Positions 19,216 to 28,519 of a stretch of DNA of 64,000 nt are shown here, piece by piece. The stretch's first letter is position 1; every line of letters begins with the position of its first letter. The notes beneath the pieces were generated by a model. It saw only the letters and a list, made by a program, of their open reading frames with translations, ran no database searches and had not been told where the DNA came from. The stretch is from a virus. Taxonomy: Duplodnaviria; Heunggongvirae; Uroviricota; Caudoviricetes. The stretch lies in the IMG/VR virus record IMGVR_UViG_3300021963_000042, positions 1-64,000 of that record; one strand, given 5' to 3'. A program made the translations under genes and the position numbers.

Positions 19216-20169
19216 TCACTTAAATTTGCAGTTTGCCATAATCTCAGTCAAAGCTGCCATGATATTTATCTCTTGGTCAGCCACGAATGCTGCTTTATAT
19301 TGATAGTCTGCAAGAATAAGAACCATCTGAGGGATGCTTGCTGGTTCCATATTTGTAGTTGCATTATCATACAACTCACGGAACAATGGAGCAGTACCCA
19401 ACTCTGAGTTCTTAGCAACCCATGAGCGCACTTCCTTGAAGTTCTTTTCCTTCAAGTCACGTACAAGTTGCTTGTAAGATTCTTGGCTGGTGTTAACCAG
19501 AATGCCAGAATCAATCTTACCCGAGACAGAATAACGCTGCAGTTCGTTCAGAACACGACGATAGTCAGGGAAGTGTTTGATGATGAGTTCTGAAACTACC
19601 TTGGGATCAAACTCAACATTTTCGTTCTTGAGAATTTGCATAGCACGTTTCATAAACGTACCAGCAATTTCCTGCTTGTCTTTAGTATCAATCTTAAACT
19701 CTACAACAGCGCATCGGCTATGCAGAGGCTCAATGATTCGATTCTTGAAGTTACAAGTAAAGATAAAACGACAGTTATTGGAGAACTGCTCAATCATAGA
19801 ACGCAACGCTGGTTGCACAGAATCAGCATTCATATAATCTGCCTCATCAATAATGATGATCTTTGGAGCATCACTTAGAGAAACAGTAGAAGCAAAGTTC
19901 TTTACGGTAGTTCGAAGAGTGTCGATGTGACGACCTTCGTCCGATCCGTTAATCATAATGTAGTCAGCACCAACTTCGTTACATAGTGCTTTAGCAACAG
20001 TAGTCTTACCTACACCAGCTGTTCCGCAAAACAGAAATGTAGGCAACTCACCTTTAGCGATATACTCTTTAAATGTGTTCTTCAAAGACTCAGGCAGAAC
20101 ACATTCATCAATAGTCTGTGGGCGATACTTCTCGACCCACAGAAACTGCTCATCACGAGATTCAATCAT
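19216..20169 (-). CDS. 44: clamp-loader ATPase gp44 (AAA+)
   Basis: 317 aa. GTAGVGKTT, IIIIDEAD and an SRC motif. Confidence 0.85.
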   Translation of the reverse strand: MIESRDEQFLWVEKYRPQTIDECVLPESLKNTFKEYIAKGELPTFLFCGTAGVGKTTVAKALCNEVGADYIMINGSDEGRHIDTLRTTVKNFASTVSLSDAPKIIIIDEADYMNADSVQPALRSMIEQFSNNCRFIFTCNFKNRIIEPLHSRCAVVEFKIDTKDKQEIAGTFMKRAMQILKNENVEFDPKVVSELIIKHFPDYRRVLNELQRYSVSGKIDSGILVNTSQESYKQLVRDLKEKNFKEVRSWVAKNSELGTAPLFRELYDNATTNMEPASIPQMVLILADYQYKAAFVADQEINIMAALTEIMANCKFK

Positions 20170-20187
20170 AATATAACTCCGAGTAAT

Positions 20188-20859
20188 TTACGTCTTATTA
20201 AAATTCTTATTATTTGGGAACAATGTGGTAGTGTCTTTAATTGCAAAATTAAAAGTCATACACATTCTATCTTCCTGAGACAGATTCTTTGTGACAAAAT
20301 GCATCAAGCTCCCTGGGAAAATCAACATCAAATTTTCTTTAGCATCAATTTGATGGAATACCTCAGTGAACCTGTTACGATCAACAAAGTATTTTGGGGC
20401 ATAGTTCCAGCATCTTGTATTATCGCCATGCTGGAAAACAATGTTACCAGAATCAGGTGGAACCTTAAAATAATATACAGCTACAATCGTGGTGCCAGGA
20501 TGCACATGTGAGAACACGACATCGTCTGGTCCATTAATGTTATACCAGCAGCCATTCAAAACTAAGCTACAAGATTCTTTAGCTCCAAGTTCTCGAATGC
20601 ATTGGCTGGCATTTTCTGTAGCAAGCGCAACAATCTTTTCTAATGCAGAATTAGATTTAATCTGCGCTTTAGACAGTAAGTAGCTAATCCACTTTAGACC
20701 AGCAGACCTAGCCTCACCAATATAATTGTTTGGGTTTCGGTTTGCTGTGTCAATTTCATACAGGGAGTTTGCATGATCAACCAGTCTGGCAGTATCGACA
20801 TCATCAATATCGAAAGACCAAACTGGTGTGACAAACAAGTCAACCCTGTTCATAATCAA
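20188..20859 (-). CDS. 2OG-Fe(II) oxygenase-like (TIGR02466-like paralogue)
   Basis: 223 aa. LFVTPVWSF N-terminus as in the paralogues. HVHPG...VAVYYF...LMHFV...RMCMTFNF. Confidence 0.5.
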   Translation of the reverse strand: MIMNRVDLFVTPVWSFDIDDVDTARLVDHANSLYEIDTANRNPNNYIGEARSAGLKWISYLLSKAQIKSNSALEKIVALATENASQCIRELGAKESCSLVLNGCWYNINGPDDVVFSHVHPGTTIVAVYYFKVPPDSGNIVFQHGDNTRCWNYAPKYFVDRNRFTEVFHQIDAKENLMLIFPGSLMHFVTKNLSQEDRMCMTFNFAIKDTTTLFPNNKNFNKT

Positions 20860-21515
20860 CCTTCGAAGGTTGAGTCAGCTTCTACTGCGACGTAATAAAC
20901 CAAATCGCCAGTGCCTTTGAAACGAGAGATTTTCTTAGAAGAAATGCTAACGTCATAATCGCCAGGAAGCATCTTCAGGTTTTCAACTTTCAAATTGATC
21001 TTGAAAGTTTTATCGGTAGTACCGACAGCTTCACGGAACACGTTAGCCGTGGTGTTCTTCTTGTCACCAACAACAGCAGTGATAGAAGAACCATCGCCAA
21101 CGATAGACAAGTCTTCAGAACGAAGAACGCCAGCAGTCTTACGGATCATGTCCAACTGATCGCTGGACAGTTTGAATTCAATCTCATGCGCTGGGAATGT
21201 GATTGCTTTTTGCGGTGCGACCAAAACTTCAGGTGCTGCAGCGAAGTATTTGATGCTGCGACCACCACTCTTAATGGTGACGTACTTGTCGTTAAATTCC
21301 AACTCGGGATCGTCAAACAGAGACATCGCACCCAAAAATTCATTCAGGTCATAGATACCAAAGTCTGCAGGGAAAGTTTCCCCAACGACAGTGTCAGCCA
21401 TCACGTTCTTTTGTGAAGAGATGGTTGCGAGTTTGTTACCTTGTTTCAAAAGCAAATTGCTGTTGATGCCAGCAAAGTTCTTAATAACGGTAACTGTTTC
21501 TTTAGATAGTTTCAT
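20856..21515 (-). CDS. 45: sliding clamp gp45
   Basis: 219 aa. MKLSKETVTVIKNFAGINS... aligns along its length to T4 gp45. Confidence 0.9.
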   Translation of the reverse strand: MKLSKETVTVIKNFAGINSNLLLKQGNKLATISSQKNVMADTVVGETFPADFGIYDLNEFLGAMSLFDDPELEFNDKYVTIKSGGRSIKYFAAAPEVLVAPQKAITFPAHEIEFKLSSDQLDMIRKTAGVLRSEDLSIVGDGSSITAVVGDKKNTTANVFREAVGTTDKTFKINLKVENLKMLPGDYDVSISSKKISRFKGTGDLVYYVAVEADSTFEG

Positions 21516-21583
21516 ATGTTCTCCTTCAAAGTATCATAACTATGTATAAATGATTATACGCTTGGTGGGTAAAAATGTAAAAT

Positions 21584-21985
21584 TTATTCAGATGCTTTAG
21601 CAATTTCTTTGTATCCAGCCAATGATGGGTGCACATTATCTGGTTGCATCCTCTCTGTTTTTAAAACAGTATCGTGATATTCATTGGCAATCTTCCAGAC
21701 TGCTGCCTGTGCTTTCGGAAACTTGTTGCTCGGCATTACCCAAAACACTCTCTGAGCATCTGTCAGTTTACGAATGGTGCGAAGTTCTTCTTCGGTGTTC
21801 TTTACGTATGCATCATTTGATCCAAGAGAAATAATAACATGCTTGGCAACCAGTGGTGTGTTTTTGATGTTAGCATCCAACCACTGCTTCGAGTTTATTC
21901 CACCCTTAGCATAAGCGACGCATTCTTTGCGTACGTTAGCTACACCAACTGCTATTGAATCTCCTGCGATCAAACAGTCTATCAT
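21584..21985 (-). CDS. SGNH/GDSL hydrolase
   Basis: 133 aa with GDSIA (block I), GSNDA (block III) and DNVHPS (block V). Confidence 0.5.
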   Translation of the reverse strand: MIDCLIAGDSIAVGVANVRKECVAYAKGGINSKQWLDANIKNTPLVAKHVIISLGSNDAYVKNTEEELRTIRKLTDAQRVFWVMPSNKFPKAQAAVWKIANEYHDTVLKTERMQPDNVHPSLAGYKEIAKASE

Positions 21986-22783
21986 TTATTTTCCAATCAT
22001 CAGACCAGTCATGTTGCTAGGAACAACAATAGTCTGAACCTTGCCATTCTTAATACCCTCAGAGATGTTCAGTGCAGCTTGAGCATTCATAAAGGCGATA
22101 GAACTGGCAGAGTTATTAGCCAATGCAGCCATACGTTCTGCTTCTTTGCGAGCAGTGGCAACCTCAACTTCTTTCTGCTTGTATTCATTCTTAGCACGAA
22201 CGAGAGCATTAGCAGATTCAACAACAGAATCAGCAGGAACAATGTTACGAATTAGAACCTGTCCGATAACTAGACTACCATCAAGTTTCTCATCAGCAAG
22301 ACTCTTTTGAATTTGTTCACGGATAGCCTGTTCCATTTGCTGACGATTGTCTGCCATATCCAGTGCTTCGTACTTACGTGCTTCCTTGTAGATAGCATTA
22401 CGTGCAGCTTGAACAATATAGTTATACATCAGATAGATGTCGCCATTATGTTTAGCGTGAAAGGCTTGGCTCTTTTGGCTATACAATTCAGCGACTTGGG
22501 TTTGATTGATGTTATAAATCACCACAGCATCAAAGTCTTTCATAGTGCTGTTATCCTTGGCGACAGGGGTCATGTCATCCAATTTCACGTTGACATCTTT
22601 CACTGGGAATGTCAGAACGTCACCAATCAACACTTGGTTAAAAGATCCAGGCAGCAACTCTCCAGGTTTGACTTGTTTATCAAAACCAACACGGACACCC
22701 ACTTCACCAGTTTCAATGCGAGTGCAACCAGTAGCCAGTGCCATAGCTGCAACGATAGCAGAAATCTTCAAAACTTTTTTCAT
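21986..22783 (-). CDS. SPFH/band-7 domain lipoprotein
   Basis: Signal peptide plus lipobox (ALATGC). Stomatin/HflC-like core and an Ala/Glu-rich coiled coil. The track start is a TTG; the ATG at 22783 is used here. Confidence 0.6.
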   Translation of the reverse strand: MKKVLKISAIVAAMALATGCTRIETGEVGVRVGFDKQVKPGELLPGSFNQVLIGDVLTFPVKDVNVKLDDMTPVAKDNSTMKDFDAVVIYNINQTQVAELYSQKSQAFHAKHNGDIYLMYNYIVQAARNAIYKEARKYEALDMADNRQQMEQAIREQIQKSLADEKLDGSLVIGQVLIRNIVPADSVVESANALVRAKNEYKQKEVEVATARKEAERMAALANNSASSIAFMNAQAALNISEGIKNGKVQTIVVPSNMTGLMIGK

Positions 22784-22792
22784 AATCAATCC

Positions 22793-22969
22793 TTAAAATA
22801 AAACAACAAACACTGTGAGAAAAACCATAGCCAATGTAGCACACAAGATGCTATACGCAGTAATCTTGACGAAACTCCACTTGTCCTTTAGCGTGAGTTC
22901 TCTGTAACCTTTGATACCAAACCAACAGATGGCAAAGGATACTAAGAATGCTAAAACAATTTTAATCAT
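22793..22969 (-). CDS. small membrane protein
   Basis: 58 aa with two TM segments. ATGA overlap with the upstream ORF. Not in the track. Confidence 0.3.
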   Translation of the reverse strand: MIKIVLAFLVSFAICWFGIKGYRELTLKDKWSFVKITAYSILCATLAMVFLTVFVVLF

Positions 22970-23340
22970 TTCTTCTTTCCTTTGTACTTGTTGAATTCGG
23001 CAACCAACTCCTCATGTTTTTCTGCGGAACAATACAACGACCATTCACGAACAATTTCTTTCTCAGTCACACGCTCGACACCCTCACCAGAAGTAGTTAC
23101 CATTGGTTCTGACAACATATATCCAATGATGGTTTTGGGCAAACCATTTTCCCACATACGTTCAATTGAGAACGCTTTCATTGTATCCCAATCAATAGAG
23201 AATGATGCTTTAGACATTTCTGACTCAAGACGTTTCCTGTATACATCATTTGCATATTTGAGATCTTTATTTTCTCGCTTCAACTCTTCCAGTTCAACTT
23301 TCAAATTTGAAAAGGTAAGTCTATCAATACCAAACATCAT
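22966..23340 (-). CDS. hypothetical coiled-coil protein
   Basis: 124-aa ORF. Confidence 0.3.
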   Translation of the reverse strand: MMFGIDRLTFSNLKVELEELKRENKDLKYANDVYRKRLESEMSKASFSIDWDTMKAFSIERMWENGLPKTIIGYMLSEPMVTTSGEGVERVTEKEIVREWSLYCSAEKHEELVAEFNKYKGKKK

Positions 23341-23342
23341 AA

Positions 23343-23687
23343 TTATTCCTTCGAGTATTTCACATCATGTTCATAAAGAAACATCAGGCAACACATTGCA
23401 TGCGCCAGATGGTGGATACCAGATTCTGGATCCATCTCTTCACCTGCTTTGTATGCCCACAGGTGTCGTTGAAGGGCATCAAAATAACGACGCTTGGAAT
23501 CGGGCACTTGTTTCCAATTGTCTGGTTCGTATTTCTCTGCGCCAAAAGTCAGAACCTTTACGGTCTCTGCCAGTGCCAAGGGTGGAAGTAAACCATACTG
23601 TAGTTTACCACCATCAAATTTTCTACCACCAGTTGTAGCTAGTTGGGATGCTTTTACTTGTTCAGGTGTCACCATACTTATCTCCAA
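23343..23687 (-). CDS. hypothetical protein
   Basis: 114-aa ORF. Confidence 0.3.
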   Translation of the reverse strand: MEISMVTPEQVKASQLATTGGRKFDGGKLQYGLLPPLALAETVKVLTFGAEKYEPDNWKQVPDSKRRYFDALQRHLWAYKAGEEMDPESGIHHLAHAMCCLMFLYEHDVKYSKE

Positions 23688-23739
23688 TGAAAATCACAAA
23701 TGGACACTCCCGAAGAAATGTCCATTTATAAACCACTAA

Positions 23740-24000
23740 TTAAGCACGAGTGAATGCATCAGCACCCAATACAGCATTAGCGACACGAACCATACGTTTG
23801 CTTGGTTTGCCGATACGGTACTTAGTAGTAACAGTACCATCAGACAACTTAGCAGTGTTTGAATAAATGCAATTACCTTGCTCACGCAGTGAGTGGATAG
23901 CACGATGAGGGTTTTTCAAACCAAAAGAACCAGAGATCTGTTTAGCGGTGACTTGAGCACCAGATTCCAGATAGTTAAGCAGCTTTGCTTGACGTGACAT
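23740..24000 (-). CDS. small HTH-like protein
   Basis: 86 aa from the ATG at 24000 with a GGAG SD. The track start at 24165 overlaps the upstream ORF. Confidence 0.3.
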   Translation of the reverse strand: MSRQAKLLNYLESGAQVTAKQISGSFGLKNPHRAIHSLREQGNCIYSNTAKLSDGTVTTKYRIGKPSKRMVRVANAVLGADAFTRA

Positions 24001-24076
24001 ATAATATCTCCATATTGAAAACCATCTATAAAAAAGTGGGAGGGGCGATGGCAAAACCCCTACCCACACAGAAAGG

Positions 24077-24508
24077 TTATACTTGAATACCGTTTTCTGC
24101 GAGAATCTTGTTAAAGTCTTCAACGTCCTGATCGTGGACAGGCGAAGTCTCAACAATTTTCTCAAGGCGAGTTTTAGCAGCAGCTTTAGCAGTTGCAGCC
24201 TTGCTCGCCTTAACTTTCGGTTGCTTCACAGCCTTCGGAGCATTCTTGGTAGCGTTGTACTCAGCCAATTCTTTGGCAGATGGCCAAGGCATTTGGTAAG
24301 TACCACGACCAACGATCTGAGTCTTCTGGAGCCACATCGGGAAACCCAACTTCTCACCAGTAGAATCACGTTGCTCTTTCAGCAGAAAATAACCAGCCAG
24401 CAATTGCTTCCACGTCAGATTTTTCTCAGACGCATACTCAGGGCATACGTCAAGGATACGGACACAGAATGCTTTTTGGGCTTTCGAAAGATCAGCAAAA
24501 GTTTTCAT
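24077..24508 (-). CDS. hypothetical protein
   Basis: 143 aa with a Lys/Ala-rich middle. Confidence 0.3.
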   Translation of the reverse strand: MKTFADLSKAQKAFCVRILDVCPEYASEKNLTWKQLLAGYFLLKEQRDSTGEKLGFPMWLQKTQIVGRGTYQMPWPSAKELAEYNATKNAPKAVKQPKVKASKAATAKAAAKTRLEKIVETSPVHDQDVEDFNKILAENGIQV

Positions 24509-24567
24509 AATAAATTTCCTCTCAAAGTTAAGAACTAATTATACACTTAAACAAGTTAAATGTCAAA

Positions 24568-25728
24568 TCAAAATGGGATTTCTTCAGTTTGTTGCACTGC
24601 AACTTCAGGAGCAGGGGTAACCACTTCTACAGCTGGAGCACAAACTTTCTCGAAGAGATCCAAGAATGCAGTCTTCGTTGCGACATCGAAACGATTGCAG
24701 CAAAGTTCTACTGCTTTCTTTTCGTTCTTGAAGATTGCAAAGGCACGGACAATGTGAGTCATACGACGAGTCGTAATCGTTTCGTCCACACCACCATCCT
24801 CGAAAGTGCGACGAATTGCTTCAGCCCACTTTACAAGGTTCTCTGAAAACTCGATATTGGAGCAACCATACGAGTCCATCAGATTCTGAATAATCTTCAG
24901 TTCTACCTTTGCATTAGGATATTCCTGATCAAAGGTAACAGCGAATCGTTCCAAGAATGCTTCGTTCAGCACGTTGGTACCGATGTAACGACCATCATCA
25001 CTACCCTTACCCTTAGTGTTTGCAGTTGCAATCACGTTGAAACCAGCAGCAGGGGTAATCATCTCATTCTTGAGTTTGAAGTAATAAGGTTTACCCTCAA
25101 GAATCGGCTGCAAGCACAGCAAGGTGTTAGCGCCACCAGCGTCAATTTCGTCAAGCAACAGCGTGGTACCAGCACGCATTGCAATCAGTACTGGACCCTC
25201 AACAATTTGCACGTTACCATCCTCCAAGGTTTTGGAGCCGATAAGTTGTTCTTCGTCAGTCATCAAGTTCAAGTTAACACGAATCAGAGGACGTTTGTGT
25301 TTAGCACAAATCTGTTCAATCATCGTTGACTTACCATTACCAGTTGGACCACTAACATAAGCAGGATAGAAAATCTTTGCTTTGATAATGTTTTCCAAAT
25401 CAGCGTAGTTACCGAATGGAACAAAATTTGGATCCTTAGCTGGAATGAGCGAATCCACATTGCTGAAGTCAATAGTCATACTAACACTTTCTTTTACAAC
25501 AGCAACTGGAGTATCGACTTTCTTAACAGCGTTACCTTCAATCGCATACAAACCACGAGCACGAACATCTTGCATCAACCACAAAGGGTGATAGTCGATA
25601 TTATATTTCTCACGAACCTCAAGCAGTTGCTTGCGACTCACAAGACGATCAGACTGCACGTCAGGAAACATCTCAAAGAGTTTCTCTTCAAAAAATGCCT
25701 TTTGGGCTTCAGTAATTTTAGCCATCAC
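24568..25728 (-). CDS. MoxR-type AAA+ ATPase (CobS-like)
   Basis: 386 aa. SGPTGNGKST (Walker A) and LLLDEID (Walker B), AAA_5 architecture. Paired with the downstream vWA gene. Confidence 0.6.
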   Translation of the reverse strand: MMAKITEAQKAFFEEKLFEMFPDVQSDRLVSRKQLLEVREKYNIDYHPLWLMQDVRARGLYAIEGNAVKKVDTPVAVVKESVSMTIDFSNVDSLIPAKDPNFVPFGNYADLENIIKAKIFYPAYVSGPTGNGKSTMIEQICAKHKRPLIRVNLNLMTDEEQLIGSKTLEDGNVQIVEGPVLIAMRAGTTLLLDEIDAGGANTLLCLQPILEGKPYYFKLKNEMITPAAGFNVIATANTKGKGSDDGRYIGTNVLNEAFLERFAVTFDQEYPNAKVELKIIQNLMDSYGCSNIEFSENLVKWAEAIRRTFEDGGVDETITTRRMTHIVRAFAIFKNEKKAVELCCNRFDVATKTAFLDLFEKVCAPAVEVVTPAPEVAVQQTEEIPF

Positions 25729-25759
25729 AAACTCACTTTCTTCATAACAAAATAAAAAT

Positions 25760-25939
25760 TCAGAACCGATTCACTTTAGTCGAGTTACCTTTACGGAGAC
25801 CACGACCAGGTAGACCAACGTAGTTAAACGTATGCCCCACTTCAGACTTCCAAGTCTTTTCAGACTTTTTAGGTTTTCGGTATTCACAGATAGTGACTTT
25901 CACACCATCAAGAACCAAGGTAACATCAGCGTACTTCAT
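25760..25939 (-). CDS. small basic protein
   Basis: 59 aa, not in the track. Begins at the AAGGAA SD downstream of early-promoter copy 2. Confidence 0.3.
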   Translation of the reverse strand: MKYADVTLVLDGVKVTICEYRKPKKSEKTWKSEVGHTFNYVGLPGRGLRKGNSTKVNRF

Positions 25940-25970
25940 AACAAGTTCCTTTTTCGACTAACTTAGAGTT

Positions 25971-25999
25971 ATTATACTCCAAACCTGAATTATTGTAAA
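25971..25999 (-). promoter_or_regulatory. sigma70-type early promoter, copy 2
   Basis: TTTACA (25994-25999), 17-nt spacer, TATAAT (25971-25976). Sequence nearly identical to copy 1. Confidence 0.5.
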
Positions 26000-26070
26000 C
26001 CCCCTGGAGATCCTCTATTCCAGAGGGTTTGCAAAACCCTACAGCCTGCAGGGTTATTTCAGGGTAGTTT

Positions 26071-28221
26071 TTAGGCTACGTAGTCGATAAATTTGTTCAG
26101 CAAAACACGGCTGGTGCGACGACCACCCATAACCTTACTGAAGTTCCGAGCGATCTGTTTTGCAGATTGATCCTCTTTAACTTTCATCTCATCTTGTTCG
26201 ATAGCAAGTTTATTGATAGGAACAATAAACAGATCATCACGACCACTATTCTTCAGAGAAGCAAAGCCATTATCACGAAACTCTCTGCGCATCTTTTCAA
26301 TCATGTTATACGTGTCACCATTAAATGCTGGCAAGTTCGCAGTGATAGCTTGATGCAACACACGACGACTGTTAGAGCAGATAAAGAAACCCACCGAGTT
26401 GACGCCATAACGATCTTTGATCATACGGAGAATCGCTTCGGTATGAGTGCTACCATTCTGGCTAATCTCATACGTTTTCTTAGTCACAGGATCGCTGATA
26501 AAGTGTTTGTGTTTGATACTTTTATATTCAGAGTCATAGCCAGTACTACGCAAGTTACCTTGACTTGGGTACAGTTGACCACCTTCACCATCAGTAAGGG
26601 TGATGAATGACATTTTCTCAATAGAATTTTTCTTAACAAACTCAGGAATGAATTTCAGCATATAAGACAGAGATTCATTTAGTGGCGTGCCACCAGTACT
26701 GTAAGAACCATTCTTAGATTGTCTGATTGAATTGTACGCTAACACACGACGAACCATAGTGTTAAATTCACTAGTGCTCATTTTGTTATTGAAGAATTCC
26801 AACAACATAAAGTTAGTACCAGCGTTACTCAACTTATCGTTTTCGACTTTGTTCATATACTTTTGACGATAGTTAGCTTGTACTTGTCTTTCTGACAATT
26901 CGTCTCTATCGTACTGAGTAGTAAATGCAAACACATGGTAAGGGATCTGAGCACGTTGGCAGAACATAGCAAGGTTGATAACCTGCTTCAGCGTATCTTC
27001 CAAGTAGTAGTCCATAGAACCAGACCAGTCAAGCAAGAACACCATACCGTGATTCTTACCCTTCGGGAAAGTAGTAACACGTTTGAACAAATCGTCATTC
27101 AGTTTGTAAGCCCAAACCTTACCCATGTCCAAAGAACCACTCTTCGCTTGCTGAGCACGTTTGAACATTGTAGCAGACTTCTTCATCTCAAATTCTTTGA
27201 TGAGGTAATTCACCACACGTGTAGAATCAAGTTTGAATGCATCATACTCTTGACGATTTTTCTCAGTGTGAGTTTCCTCAGATTCTTTAGTTTCTTCTAG
27301 AATCGTTTTGTAACCAACAATCGGGTTGTGGACGAAGTCCTCATCAATGGTGTAGTAGTTGTATTGAGTTTTGTCATCAGCCAACTCTTCTAGTTTCTGG
27401 CTAAAGGCAGCATCAGTCTTAGACTCAAGTTCTTTCTCAACTTGTTCTTCGGTTTTTTCTTCTTTCTTTTCACCACGACCACGCATTTTCTTGGTCTCTT
27501 TTGCTTTGTCGTCTTCCTCAACATCAGCGTCAGAGTCTTCAGTTTCGCTATCGTTGAATACATCAAAGTCTTCATCAATTTCGTCTAGGTCATCAGCGTC
27601 AAAGATATCTTCGTCGTCTTCAACCAAAGAGTCGCCATTCTGAAGTGCCTCACGCATGCGTTCTTCGGCATTAGTTTTAGAGTAGTCATAAATTTCTTTA
27701 GCAAGAGCAACTACTTCTTCGACACGTTCTGTGTTCTCAGCACGAGCCACGAACAACTTTTCTTGAATAGAAAACTTAACACCAGCACTCAGACCAACTT
27801 TGTAATAAAGGTTGATTCGATCAATAAGGTTTAGTGCGTCAACATCAGTTTGTTTGACACCAAAGAAGTCACGATCGTTCAGTTGCTTGTAACCTTCATT
27901 CATCGTTTTACGGATGCCTGGATACCTACGCTTCATCAACTTTTCGACACGAATGTCTTCGAGCACGTTCAGATAACCTTGCAGGTTGCGGTTATCAGCC
28001 AATGGCTCCATATATTCTTCGGTTGTGAAAAGTGCGTGACCAACTTCGTGACCATTGAGCATACCCTCGATCTCGGGTGTCATATCTTTCCACATAGGCA
28101 AAGTCAACACACGGGATTTGATATCAAAGGATGCGGTGCGTGCCCGAGCACGACGCACACTGATATTTTCGTTAGCCAACAACTTGGCTGACAAGTCTGA
28201 AGCATTCAATTTTTGTTGCAT
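26071..28221 (-). CDS. CobT-like vWA-domain protein with N-terminal HEXXH motif
   Basis: 716 aa. HEVGH near the N-terminus, a long poly-acidic tract and a vWA MIDAS motif (LDWSGSM). Confidence 0.55.
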   Translation of the reverse strand: MQQKLNASDLSAKLLANENISVRRARARTASFDIKSRVLTLPMWKDMTPEIEGMLNGHEVGHALFTTEEYMEPLADNRNLQGYLNVLEDIRVEKLMKRRYPGIRKTMNEGYKQLNDRDFFGVKQTDVDALNLIDRINLYYKVGLSAGVKFSIQEKLFVARAENTERVEEVVALAKEIYDYSKTNAEERMREALQNGDSLVEDDEDIFDADDLDEIDEDFDVFNDSETEDSDADVEEDDKAKETKKMRGRGEKKEEKTEEQVEKELESKTDAAFSQKLEELADDKTQYNYYTIDEDFVHNPIVGYKTILEETKESEETHTEKNRQEYDAFKLDSTRVVNYLIKEFEMKKSATMFKRAQQAKSGSLDMGKVWAYKLNDDLFKRVTTFPKGKNHGMVFLLDWSGSMDYYLEDTLKQVINLAMFCQRAQIPYHVFAFTTQYDRDELSERQVQANYRQKYMNKVENDKLSNAGTNFMLLEFFNNKMSTSEFNTMVRRVLAYNSIRQSKNGSYSTGGTPLNESLSYMLKFIPEFVKKNSIEKMSFITLTDGEGGQLYPSQGNLRSTGYDSEYKSIKHKHFISDPVTKKTYEISQNGSTHTEAILRMIKDRYGVNSVGFFICSNSRRVLHQAITANLPAFNGDTYNMIEKMRREFRDNGFASLKNSGRDDLFIVPINKLAIEQDEMKVKEDQSAKQIARNFSKVMGGRRTSRVLLNKFIDYVA

Positions 28222-28223
28222 AA

Positions 28224-28379
28224 TTATTCTCCGTATGCCAAGTTGTGTTCAAACTCAGTCAGATACATTTCAACGTCGGCTCGGTTAATCAAACGTGAGC
28301 CCAACATAACGCATTCGCATTCAATTCCATACTCAAAGCACAGGCTATAGAGTTCGGTGTCAGTGAATTCATCCCACAT
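28224..28379 (-). CDS. small protein
   Basis: 51 aa, MWDEFTDTELYSLCFEYGIECECVMLG.... AAGGA SD downstream of promoter copy 3. Not in the track. Confidence 0.3.
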   Translation of the reverse strand: MWDEFTDTELYSLCFEYGIECECVMLGSRLINRADVEMYLTEFEHNLAYGE

Positions 28380-28410
28380 AATATAATCCTTTTCAACTTT
28401 CCAGGACTAA

Positions 28411-28439
28411 ATTATACACTAAACCTGAATTATTGTAAA
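28411..28439 (-). promoter_or_regulatory. sigma70-type early promoter, copy 3
   Basis: TTTACA (28434-28439), 17-nt spacer, TATAAT (28411-28416). Confidence 0.5.
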
Positions 28440-28466
28440 GGGGTATGCTAAGTCGTTGATTTTAAA

Positions 28467-28497
28467 GGAAAAAATAACCCTACAGAGCGTAGGGTTA
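28467..28497 (-). terminator. intrinsic terminator
   Basis: mRNA AACCCUAC-GCUCU-GUAGGGUU followed by AUUUUUU, after the gene 46 stop. A related ACCCUAC hairpin is present at all three cassettes. Confidence 0.5.
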
Positions 28498-28519
28498 TTC
28501 TGAATGTAAACCTTTCGGT

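Noticed and set aside
26000-26060. Terminator at cassette copy 2
   Set aside because: The hairpin is present, but the downstream U-tract is weak (UUUUGCAAA), so it was not listed as a terminator feature.
27371-27643. Ser-rich plus-strand ORF (SSSS...)
   Set aside because: It is the antisense of the poly-acidic (GAA/GAT-rich) tract of the CobT-like gene.
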